Positions 1-8,399 of a DNA stretch of 64,000 nucleotides are shown here, in pieces. This DNA comes from an archaeon (GTDB taxonomy: Archaea > Methanobacteriota_B > Thermococci > Methanofastidiosales > NM3), in the NCBI GenBank assembly GCA_004212155.1, contig RXIG01000008.1:1-64000 (forward strand), in the 5' to 3' direction. Under the pieces are notes generated by a model. The model searched no databases. It had not been told where the DNA came from and was given only the letters and a program-made list of their open reading frames with translations. The position numbers and the translations under genes were made by a program. Each line of letters begins with the position of its first letter. Within the stretch, counting starts at the first letter, position 1.

Positions 1-80
1 AACGACTCGGCCTCGTCGCCTTTGAGCTCCTTTTGCTCTGTCTTTCCATTAGGATATGAAACAACTAACTTGACTTCCAT
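1..80 (-). CDS. rps6e: 30S ribosomal protein S6e, 5' part only (runs off window)
   Basis: ATG at 80 directly after infB stop; reads MEVKLVVSYPNGKTEQKELKGDEAES, S6e-like; infB-rps6e order is conserved in archaea. Confidence 0.75.
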   Translation of the reverse strand, partial: MEVKLVVSYPNGKTEQKELKGDEAES

Positions 81-1835
81 TTACCCACCCCATAACAATG
101 TTTTCTTTTTCAATTTTGATAAGAATGATACGACTTCCTCCTCTTCTGGAGCAAGTTCTATCTCTTTGAGCCTTTCGATGTTCGAATTGGGCATGTCGAT
201 ATATAAAACTTCGCCTTCCTCTATCTGCCGCCCCACGGTGGGGCCCTCGATGGAGACGGCTACCTGCTTGCCCGCGGTCGCGACCTTGAGGAACTCGTCC
301 CCTTCCTTGATGCCCTTGATCTTGCCGACCTTCGTGCCGTCCCCCTTGATGATGGCCCGATTGGGCTCGATGCGCCCTGCAAGGACCTCGACGCCCACGA
401 TGGCGGGCTTGGCCTTGCGAAACACCATCTGCGGAAGGAGCATGAACTTGCCAGGATAGATGAGCCCCATCTTCTTGCGCTCCTCCTCCTCGCGCTTCAT
501 GCGCTCCAGAAGCTCCTCGTAGTCCTCGAGCAGCTTGTAGATGATGTCCGAGCGGATCACCGGGATGTCGGCGCGGTCGGCCATCTCCTGGATCTCCTCG
601 CTCACCGAGACGTTGAACGCGAGGATCACCGCGTCGTAGATATTCTTTTCGGCAACGGAGACCGCCTCGATGACGTCTTTTTTCTGTACGTCGCCGATAT
701 CGGCGTTGCGTATCGGAATCTCCTTGCGCCTCAACGTGCCCACGATCGCCTCGAGGCTCCCGAGCGTGTCGGCCTTCACGATGAGGCCGGTGGTGTCGCG
801 CGCGATCCTGAACTTGCGTATCTCGGCCATGATCGTCGAGCGCGCTTGGTCGATGTCCTCGGTGGCCGACATGAGCGGCGAGCCGGCAAGCACGTCGTCA
901 AGCCCCGGTGCCGCGATCTTGATGCCCGCGGCGCTTGGGACCTCGTCCACGGTCTCGAAGCGATAGCGCGGGTCGCGTATCTCCTCGAGCGCGCGTGGCT
1001 TGAGCAGCGCGCGCACCTTCGTCTGGACGATGCCGTTCCTGCCGCCGAGCACGATGATGTCGCCAGCGTGCAGCGTGCCGTCGGAGATGATGACGTCGAT
1101 GGTGGTGCCAAAGCCGGTCGTCTCCTTGACCTCGAGGACGGTGCCCTTGGCTGGTCCATCGATCGAGACGTTGAGGCGCCGTTCGAGATAACGCTGGGAG
1201 AGTCCAGCAAGCAGCATCATGATCTCGGCCACGCCCACACCCTGTATAGCCGATGCGGGCACGAGGGCGATCGACTTCGTGAAGTCCTTGATCAGGTCGA
1301 ACCGCTGGGACTCGAACCCGTTGTCATACAGCTGGCCCATGATCTCATACATCTTGTTGTCGATGGCGCGGCGCACGCCCTCGTCCTGCGCCCGGTAGGT
1401 GCGCATGAACGAGTTGTCGCCGATGGGCTTCCATCCCCGTACGCGGTCGACCTTGTTGAGGACGACAAAAAACGGCGTCTTGAACTGCTTGAGGATGGTG
1501 AGCGACTCGATGGTCTGGGGCTGCAGGCCCTCGTTGATGTCGATGATGAGAACGGCGATGTCCGCAAGGCTGCCGCCGCGGGAACGAAGCGTCGTGAACG
1601 CCTCGTGGCCCGGCGTGTCGATAAACAGCAGCCCCGGGATGGTGAGCGTGAGATTCTTCACAAGGTCGCCGCACTGTTCCTTCACGACCTCGATGGGCAC
1701 CTCGGTGGCGCCGATGTGCTGCGTGATGCCGCCCGCTTCGTGGCTGACGACCTTGGTCCCCCTGATGCGGTCAAGGAGGGTCGTCTTGCCATGGTCGACG
1801 TGACCAAGCACTGCAACGATAGGCTGGCGGATCAC
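81..1835 (-). CDS. infB: Translation initiation factor aIF5B (IF-2)
   Basis: IRQPIVAVLGHVDHGKTT, DTPGHEAF, NKVD motifs; start placed at the GTG after SD GAGGTGA. Confidence 0.97.
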   Translation of the reverse strand: MIRQPIVAVLGHVDHGKTTLLDRIRGTKVVSHEAGGITQHIGATEVPIEVVKEQCGDLVKNLTLTIPGLLFIDTPGHEAFTTLRSRGGSLADIAVLIIDINEGLQPQTIESLTILKQFKTPFFVVLNKVDRVRGWKPIGDNSFMRTYRAQDEGVRRAIDNKMYEIMGQLYDNGFESQRFDLIKDFTKSIALVPASAIQGVGVAEIMMLLAGLSQRYLERRLNVSIDGPAKGTVLEVKETTGFGTTIDVIISDGTLHAGDIIVLGGRNGIVQTKVRALLKPRALEEIRDPRYRFETVDEVPSAAGIKIAAPGLDDVLAGSPLMSATEDIDQARSTIMAEIRKFRIARDTTGLIVKADTLGSLEAIVGTLRRKEIPIRNADIGDVQKKDVIEAVSVAEKNIYDAVILAFNVSVSEEIQEMADRADIPVIRSDIIYKLLEDYEELLERMKREEEERKKMGLIYPGKFMLLPQMVFRKAKPAIVGVEVLAGRIEPNRAIIKGDGTKVGKIKGIKEGDEFLKVATAGKQVAVSIEGPTVGRQIEEGEVLYIDMPNSNIERLKEIELAPEEEEVVSFLSKLKKKTLLWGG

Positions 1836-1853
1836 ACACTTCACCTCGGGAGA

Positions 1854-2303
1854 TCAGAGCGTTTTGGCGTCATCGTAGTCCAAGAGCTCCTCGTCCGAGA
1901 AGAAGAGGCCCATCTCTCGCTTGGCAGACTCGGGCGAGTCCGACGCGTGTATCGTGTTGTACATGTTGTCGCCCTTGATGAATCCGAGGTCGCCGCGGAT
2001 CGTGCCGGGTTCCGACTTGAGCGGATGCGTGGCGCCGGCGAGCTTTCGCGTCACGGTGATGGCGTCCTCGCCCTCGACGACGCCAACGAGCACCGGCGAC
2101 ATGCATATGTAGTCGACGAGCGAGTCGAAAAACGACTTTCCCACGTGCTCGGCGTAGTGGCGCTCTGCCAGCGCGCGGTCGAACTGGATGAGTTTCATCG
2201 CCACGAAGCGGTAGCCCTTCTGCTCGAAACGGGAGATGACGTCTCCCATGCGGCCGCGGAGCACCGCGTCCGGTTTGAGAATTATGAGTGTGCGTTCGAT
2301 CAT
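1854..2303 (-). CDS. ndk: Nucleoside diphosphate kinase
   Basis: ERTLIILKPDAV, PGTIRGD, NTIHASDS. Confidence 0.97.
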   Translation of the reverse strand: MIERTLIILKPDAVLRGRMGDVISRFEQKGYRFVAMKLIQFDRALAERHYAEHVGKSFFDSLVDYICMSPVLVGVVEGEDAITVTRKLAGATHPLKSEPGTIRGDLGFIKGDNMYNTIHASDSPESAKREMGLFFSDEELLDYDDAKTL

Positions 2304-2316
2304 GCTACCGCGCCCC

Positions 2317-2520
2317 TTACTGCTTGAGCCTCTGCTCTTTCTCTTGGCGGTATTTTTCCGTCCAGCGGGTCGTTCGCGCCTTGCGCTTCAGGGAGATCTG
2401 GTTCTTCTCGCACTTCTTCGAGCAGAAGTGGAAGATGGTCCCATCCTTTCTCACGTACATGGTGCCGGTACCCGGCTCGATTGGTTCTCCACAGAACGTA
2501 CATTCTATTCGTCGCGGCAT
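2317..2520 (-). CDS. rpl24e: 50S ribosomal protein L24e
   Basis: CTFCGEPIEPGTGTMYVRKDG..FCSKKC; operon context. Confidence 0.96.
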   Translation of the reverse strand: MPRRIECTFCGEPIEPGTGTMYVRKDGTIFHFCSKKCEKNQISLKRKARTTRWTEKYRQEKEQRLKQ

Positions 2521-2525
2521 GATCA

Positions 2526-2744
2526 TCACCTAGGCGTTCGTATCTCTTTGGCCTCTCGGTCCGTCTCGCGCAGCATGAGCACGTCGCCCGGACGCACGGG
2601 GCCCTTGATGTTTCTCGTAAGTATGCGTCCCTTGTCGTTGCCATCGAGGACCTTGCACTTCACCTGGAATATCTCCCCGGTGACACCGGTCCTTGAGACG
2701 ATGTCGATGACCTCTGCAGGTATTCCTCTGTCTTCGTCTGCCAT
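2526..2744 (-). CDS. rps28e: 30S ribosomal protein S28e
   Basis: [36 protein letters not shown]. Confidence 0.96.
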   Translation of the reverse strand: MADEDRGIPAEVIDIVSRTGVTGEIFQVKCKVLDGNDKGRILTRNIKGPVRPGDVLMLRETDREAKEIRTPR

Positions 2745-2749
2745 GCGTA

Positions 2750-3106
2750 TCACTTGAACTCATTGACTTTCGTGACGATTTCGGCGACGAGGGTCTTTGA
2801 CTTGCCTTCCTTGACGATGCTCGTGGCAGCCGTCGGCACCTCGATGCCCGTGGCCTGGCCCAGCTCGTCCTTTCGCGGGACGAAGATGTAGGGCACCTTC
2901 TTCTCATCGCACAGGTAGGGGATGTGCGCGACGATCTCCTCGGGCGAGACATCCTCGGCGATGAGCACGAGCTTGGCGGTCCCTCGCTCGATATACTTCG
3001 TCGTCTCGTTCGTTCCCTTCGTTACCTTTCCGGTGTCTCGTGCAAGCTCCAAGGCCTCGTATGCCTTCTCGACAAGTTCCTTGGGCACGTCAAACTTTTT
3101 CAACAT
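2750..3106 (-). CDS. rpl7ae: 50S ribosomal protein L7Ae
   Basis: [30 protein letters not shown]. Confidence 0.97.
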   Translation of the reverse strand: MLKKFDVPKELVEKAYEALELARDTGKVTKGTNETTKYIERGTAKLVLIAEDVSPEEIVAHIPYLCDEKKVPYIFVPRKDELGQATGIEVPTAATSIVKEGKSKTLVAEIVTKVNEFK

Positions 3107-3111
3107 GTTAT

Positions 3112-3161
3112 ATCACCTCATCCTTCATTCGGTGGCGTCCGGGCCACCCTCGGTCGATGAT
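3112..3161 (-). promoter_or_regulatory. Tandem (bipartite) kink-turn in the rpl7ae 5' UTR overlapping the SD
   Basis: mRNA AUCAUC-GA-CC-GA-G-GGUGGC-loop-GCCACC-G-AAU-GA-AG-GAU-GA-GGUGAU: two 3-nt bulges, each followed by tandem GA/AG; the outer stem pairs the SD GGUGAU. Confidence 0.75.
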
Positions 3162-3273
3162 TTTCTTTAAAATAGAATCATCTGGCGTAGAAAGGTACGT
3201 ATGCCCGTTTATAAAGATTGTGGTTTTAGGGCCTGGCACGATACTCGTCATAGCGTAGCTACGTTGAATATGT

Positions 3274-3305
3274 GGAAAAAGGAAAATAAAGGCCCCTGAC
3301 GGGGC
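3274..3305 (-). terminator. Hairpin plus U-rich terminator of the 3309..4673 gene
   Basis: GCCCC-GTCA-GGGGC followed by TTTATTTTCCTTTTT on the minus strand just after the stop. Confidence 0.55.
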
Positions 3306-3308
3306 GCA

Positions 3309-4673
3309 TTACAGCAATTGAGAAAGCTCGCCCATGAGCGTGTTCGCCTTTGCGAGCTCGCCGGACGCATATATGGGATTTGCCAGCCCTGTCGCATTTC
3401 CCATGTGCTCCTGGATGCGCTCGATGAGTGAGGTCATCTCATCTGTCGGCTCTGAGGGAAGCTGCGCTGAAAGCTCGTTCCACGCGACAAGAGTGTTGTC
3501 CAACTGCGTACGTACAAGCGGCATGATCGAGACGGGGGACCACGGCGATGCAGGCATGGACTGTCGATACTCGTAGGCACCCATGTCGTACGCCGTGCCT
3601 TGTGGACGTGCAATGCCGAGGATGTCGTCTGTGACGCCGCCAAACGCCGGGCCGCTCGTGTTCGTCCCCGTGTCGATACAGGGTGAATCAGCGCTTAATG
3701 AGACGTCAGCGGGTGCATCGACAAAAAGCGGGTCGACATAGATATTGCCAATTCCGGGTATTATGCTCGAAATATTCGAGTAGGTAACAATCGGGGTGCT
3801 ACCTGTAGCGTTGTGAATACTATTCCAGATGATACAGTTCGTTATAATGGGCGATGATTTGGAGTTGTATATCCCGCTGCCAAATATATCGGTAAACAAA
3901 CTCCCCGTACCATCAATATCTCTAGCGGCTGATGCCATCAATGAGTTATAAGCTATGGTGCAGTTGACAATGATCGGGCTAGACTCCCTGAGGTACATCG
4001 CTGCACCTGAAGAAACGGCGTTGGCATCGCCTGCTCCTGAAGCCTCTGCGAGTGATTGAGCCATGTTTTCTGTGAAGATGCAATTGGTAATGGATACGAT
4101 TGACCATCCGATATACACCCCGCCACCCCGTGCTTCAGCGCTGGCAGATGCAGTATTATTAGTGGCTTTGGCATACGCCGTGTTTTTTGTGAAGATGCAA
4201 TTGGTAATGGTCACAAGAGAATACGAGATGTGCATGCCGCCGCCTTCGGATATGGAGGAAACGGTCGTAGCGATTGAACCAGTGGCCACCGAGGACATCA
4301 TCCCATTGGTGATGGTGAATCCATCGATGGTGATCTCGTAAGTACCGAAGGATGTGGTGTCGGTGTTTGTTATAGTAATAACGGGACCAGTGCTACCCCC
4401 ATCAAGGATGGTCGTTTCGGGCCCAGCTATGCTGACAAGGGAAAACGATTTTTGTAGACTCGCACCATTGATAAAAATATGGCAGTTATCATAAGTTCCC
4501 GGCTGGAAGTATATCGTCCCGCCATCCTCCACATTGGCGATGGCATATCCAATGTCACTCCCAGGGGACACGGTCATATCGGCCGTGACGGACGCAGGGA
4601 GAACGGTAAGAAGCGATGCAAAGAGTAGCAGCGTGACAAGGGCAGAGGAAATATCTTTTCTCATCATATTCAC
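3309..4673 (-). CDS. Secreted right-handed beta-helix / choice-of-anchor-Q-like protein with conserved C-terminal helical domain
   Basis: Signal peptide; repeated GGG.YI..S.V.ITNCIFT.N.A; DPLFVD..SPCIDTG..D..G..RPQG.AYDMGAYEY; C-terminus shared with two other genes. Confidence 0.85.
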   Translation of the reverse strand: MNMMRKDISSALVTLLLFASLLTVLPASVTADMTVSPGSDIGYAIANVEDGGTIYFQPGTYDNCHIFINGASLQKSFSLVSIAGPETTILDGGSTGPVITITNTDTTSFGTYEITIDGFTITNGMMSSVATGSIATTVSSISEGGGMHISYSLVTITNCIFTKNTAYAKATNNTASASAEARGGGVYIGWSIVSITNCIFTENMAQSLAEASGAGDANAVSSGAAMYLRESSPIIVNCTIAYNSLMASAARDIDGTGSLFTDIFGSGIYNSKSSPIITNCIIWNSIHNATGSTPIVTYSNISSIIPGIGNIYVDPLFVDAPADVSLSADSPCIDTGTNTSGPAFGGVTDDILGIARPQGTAYDMGAYEYRQSMPASPWSPVSIMPLVRTQLDNTLVAWNELSAQLPSEPTDEMTSLIERIQEHMGNATGLANPIYASGELAKANTLMGELSQLL

Positions 4674-5076
4674 CAGGGGAAATAAATATAATATTAATAA
4701 TTTTTAACGGCAAATATATAAAAACATATCGTTTTTTGTAATATAATTTCAAATAATTTTACATGAAAAAAGTTATGATTTAAATTTTTTTAATGAAATT
4801 AATTTTTATTACGTTAATAACCCATCCAGCATACATAGGAATTCCATAGGATAAAGGCTCGTTACGTTCATATAAATGACAAAAAAAATTATAAGACTTA
4901 ATGGATAGTGATAGAGAGAGTAGTCACAGCATGGAAGATATATATGTATAATCTACTGAAATTAAGAATATTATTCCTATGGATAATCCATCCATGGTTA
5001 TGTTTTTTATAGTAATAACGATAGTGTTACTTTGGGAGGAACACCTTCAGACGAAGGTGTGAGAGGAGGAATACAT

Positions 5077-6084
5077 ATCGATGCGGATACGCAACTGATC
5101 ACTGCACTGCACGGCGAAGCAACCGACTTCGTACCGGTGACGTCGGTGACACAGACGGCGACACTCGAACAGATGAAGGCATCGGGTGCTGCATGGCCAG
5201 CCGCCCACACCGACCCACACAAGCTCTATATGCTGGCTAACACCTTCAGGTCGCTGACAGGCATACCCGTCATACGCATACCGTTCGAAATCACCCTAGA
5301 AGCGGAGGCGCTTGGATGCGCCCTCAACATGGGAAAGATGGACAAGACCCCGTACGTGAACGAACCAGTCGGGCACTTACCCGATTCGGTCCCGAGAGAT
5401 GCCACGTCGCTGGGGCGGGTCTCCGTCATACTGGAAGCGCTCGACCTTATCGAGCAGAAAGTGCCACATGACGTTCCCGTCGTGGTGGGCGTGACAGGAC
5501 CGTTCACGCTCGCGGGCCATCTCGCGGGGATCGAGAACCTCGTCAAATGGACGCGTACAGACCCTGATACGGTTCAAGAGTATCTCACTTTGGCCACCAC
5601 CTTTCTGAACGATTATCTTGAATCGTTGGGCACGCGATCCGTTGATGTCGTGTCGATACTTGAACCGAGCGCCTCCACAGATATGATAAGCCCTAGCGCA
5701 TTCAAGCGTTTCGTGATGCCAATGCTCAAGGAATTGGCAGATGCGACAGAGACCACCAAGGTGCTCCATATCTGCGGAGACTGTACCCCGATCCTGGAGT
5801 ACATGGCACAAAGCGGATACAGCGGACTAAGCGTCGAATCGGCGGTAAGCGTGAAGAAGGCGCGTCGCATCGTCAAGGAGTCTGTGTCGCTTGTGGGCAA
5901 CATCGACCCCGTGTCGGTGCTGCTACAGGGCGACCATGACACCGTTGCGGAGGCGACGGAGAAGGCCATACTCGAGGGCATCGACGTCGTGGCACCGGGA
6001 TGCGGACTCGCTCCAGCGACACCCACCGAAAACATCGTTACCATGAGAAAGGAAACCGAGCGCATCGTAAACGAATACCAGTAA
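5077..6084 (+). CDS. mtaA: Methylcobalamin:coenzyme M methyltransferase (MtaA/CmuA family)
   Basis: URO-D-like fold motifs VPVTSVTQT, EAEALGC, GPFTLA, LHICG, APGCG; adjacent to mtaCB. Start uncertain (ATC 5077 after GGAGG, or GTG 5059 / TTG 5032). Confidence 0.88.
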   Translation: MDADTQLITALHGEATDFVPVTSVTQTATLEQMKASGAAWPAAHTDPHKLYMLANTFRSLTGIPVIRIPFEITLEAEALGCALNMGKMDKTPYVNEPVGHLPDSVPRDATSLGRVSVILEALDLIEQKVPHDVPVVVGVTGPFTLAGHLAGIENLVKWTRTDPDTVQEYLTLATTFLNDYLESLGTRSVDVVSILEPSASTDMISPSAFKRFVMPMLKELADATETTKVLHICGDCTPILEYMAQSGYSGLSVESAVSVKKARRIVKESVSLVGNIDPVSVLLQGDHDTVAEATEKAILEGIDVVAPGCGLAPATPTENIVTMRKETERIVNEYQ

Positions 6085-6117
6085 AACGCCTCCCGACCAC
6101 CAAAAAGGGGGAGAAAT

Positions 6118-6915
6118 ATGGCGCTCAAGAAGATTAAGGAAAGAAGCATGGCGTTGGACATTGACCCGGACGATATCCTCGTTAGGTACAATGTCCGACT
6201 CGAAAAGGAGATCACGCCAGAGGAGGCGGCAGAAGAGCTCTACCCGGACGACCCTCTCCTCAAGCCGATAGCACAGGCAGTGTTTGTGGGGGACGAGGAA
6301 GGCGTTGTCGCAGGGCTCGAAAAAGCTATTTCTGAGGGAAGAGAACCGCTCAAGCTCATCGATGAGGCGCTCATCGGCGGGATGAACGTCGTCTCCAAGC
6401 TCTACGACGAGGCTGTCATCTACCTGCCCGACGTGATGCTGTCCTCCGACGCGATGCAAAAGGGCATCGAATATTGCAAGTCGAAGGCAACTTCCGACAT
6501 GAAGCCCAAGGGCACGGTCATCTGCCACGTGGCAGAGGGCGACGTACACGACATCGGAAAGACCATCGTCGTGGCGTTGCTGCGGGCCAACGGCTACAAC
6601 GTCGTCGACCTCGGGCGAGACTGTCCCGTCGAGGAGGTCGTCGAGCATGTTGAGAAGGAACGGCCGCTGATGCTCACGGGCACGGCGCTCATGACAACGA
6701 CGATGTATGCCTTCAAGCACATCAACGACAAGCTCAAGGAGAAGAATCTTGCGCTCCCGTTCGTCTGCGGAGGCGGCGCGGTGAATCAGGACTTCGTCTC
6801 GAAGCTCGAGTTTGGCGTCTACGGTGAGGAGGCGCCCCAGGCGCCGAGAATGGCGGCAAGCATACTGTCTGGAGCCACTGTAGAAAAGCTCAGGGAGGAG
6901 TTCCATAAGCATTAG
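6118..6915 (+). CDS. mtaC: Methanol corrinoid protein
   Basis: ILVRYNV..EKE.TPEEAAEELYP N-terminus; B12 motif EGDVHDIGK; TGTALMTTTM. Confidence 0.95.
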   Translation: MALKKIKERSMALDIDPDDILVRYNVRLEKEITPEEAAEELYPDDPLLKPIAQAVFVGDEEGVVAGLEKAISEGREPLKLIDEALIGGMNVVSKLYDEAVIYLPDVMLSSDAMQKGIEYCKSKATSDMKPKGTVICHVAEGDVHDIGKTIVVALLRANGYNVVDLGRDCPVEEVVEHVEKERPLMLTGTALMTTTMYAFKHINDKLKEKNLALPFVCGGGAVNQDFVSKLEFGVYGEEAPQAPRMAASILSGATVEKLREEFHKH

Positions 6916-6927
6916 GGGGTGACATGA

Positions 6928-8313
6928 ATGGTAAAACGATTCACGACCATGGCATATGACGACCCGGACGAGATGACGTTTGGCGTCGCGAAGGAACCTG
7001 TCAAAGCAGGACTCGGCCTCACGATAGGCGATGGGTTCACGACCCCTGAGATCAACTACGCTCCGCGCCCAGAGACCGCATCGTCAAAGGAGAAGCTCGT
7101 TAAGGAGTACAAGAGCATCACCACCGATATCATGGACCGCATGGTGGCCGTCGGATTCCCAGGCGTGGTGCTCGAGACCGAGCACGTGCAGGAGATGACC
7201 AACAATCCCGAATGGGGTGCGGCCGTCGCCCACGCCCAAAAGGAGATCATGGAAAAGTACCATGACGAGTACGGCATCAACTGCGCCCTCAGGCACACGC
7301 CTGGGGACATACGAGAGGACCGCGACTACCTGCGCCTCAGGGAGGACAAGTACGACACGCTCCTCAAGTCGTTCGAGCTGCTGGCAGAAAACGGTGTCGA
7401 CATGCTCTCGATCGAGAGTATGGGCGGAAAGGAGGTCTTCGACCACGCCATACTCCGTGACGACGTGCCCGGCGTCCTGTTCTCCATCGGATGTCTCGGC
7501 GCCATGGACATGGAGTACATCTGGAAGGACATCGTCAACATCGCCAAGAAGCACAATGTCGTACCGGCAGGTGACACGGACTGCGCCCAGGCCAACACGG
7601 CGATGTTCGTCGCAGGCGGTCTCCTTGACAAGAACCTTGCACACACTCTGGCCATCATCGCTCGAGCCATAGCTGCGAGCAGGACGCTTGTCGCATGGGA
7701 ATGCGGCGCCACAGGCCCGAACAAGGACTGCGGTTATGAGGGAACCATCCTCAAGTCGATAGGCGGACGGCCGATAACCCAGGAGGGAAAGACGTCGACG
7801 TGCGCCCACTCGGACGTCATGGGCAACCTCGTCATGCAGTGCTGCGACCTCTGGTCCAACGAGTCGGTCGAGTACCACGGAGAGTTCGGCGGCACATCGG
7901 TGCAGGCGTGGGGCGAGACACTGGCATACGACTGCACCCTCATGAACGTGGCGCTCAAGACAGGCACCGAAAAGACGCTGCGCGACCTGTTCATGCTCTC
8001 GGACAAGTACCGGGACCCGCAGGGCTACGTGCTGGCATATCCCAACGCATGGAAGGTGGGCAGGGCGATAGTCGAGGACGGAGACGACCTCTACCTGCGC
8101 GCCAAGAACGCGGCGCTCGAGACGTGCAACATCCTGGAGGAGGGCGTCAACGAGGGCCTCAAGCTCACGCGTTTCGAGACCAAGGCGCTGCGCGATGCAA
8201 AGATTGCCCTCGAGGGCCTTCCCGACGACCAGGACACATTCATCTCCGAGAGCCTCGACAAGTACAAGAAAGAGGTCAGGGTGTTCGAGCCGAAGCGCAA
8301 CTACGATCTCTGA
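6928..8313 (+). CDS. mtaB: Methanol:corrinoid methyltransferase
   Basis: PEINYAPRPE, ESMGGKE, GDTDCAQANTAM, KDCGYE, CDLWSNES motifs of MtaB. Confidence 0.97.
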   Translation: MVKRFTTMAYDDPDEMTFGVAKEPVKAGLGLTIGDGFTTPEINYAPRPETASSKEKLVKEYKSITTDIMDRMVAVGFPGVVLETEHVQEMTNNPEWGAAVAHAQKEIMEKYHDEYGINCALRHTPGDIREDRDYLRLREDKYDTLLKSFELLAENGVDMLSIESMGGKEVFDHAILRDDVPGVLFSIGCLGAMDMEYIWKDIVNIAKKHNVVPAGDTDCAQANTAMFVAGGLLDKNLAHTLAIIARAIAASRTLVAWECGATGPNKDCGYEGTILKSIGGRPITQEGKTSTCAHSDVMGNLVMQCCDLWSNESVEYHGEFGGTSVQAWGETLAYDCTLMNVALKTGTEKTLRDLFMLSDKYRDPQGYVLAYPNAWKVGRAIVEDGDDLYLRAKNAALETCNILEEGVNEGLKLTRFETKALRDAKIALEGLPDDQDTFISESLDKYKKEVRVFEPKRNYDL

Positions 8314-8318
8314 TCGAC

Positions 8319-8343
8319 CTCTTCTTTTTTTCTTTTTTTATTT
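8319..8343 (+). terminator. Oligo-T terminator after mtaB
   Basis: CTCTTCTTTTTTTCTTTTTTTATTT immediately after the stop. Confidence 0.55.
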
Positions 8344-8399
8344 CGTGACCAATTATTTATGTAACCTTTCAAGAGATAACACCCCAAGGAGGTAATACC

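Noticed and set aside
81-1835. Intein in aIF5B, as found in some Thermococcales/Methanococcales
   Set aside because: The protein is normal length with contiguous G-domain motifs.
846-2327. Long antisense/shadow ORFs (e.g. 846..2327 +, 5923..6912 -, 29853..30977 -, 44248..45171 +, 46621..47544 +)
   Set aside because: They lie opposite well-supported genes and are expected from high GC3 codon bias; no family motifs.
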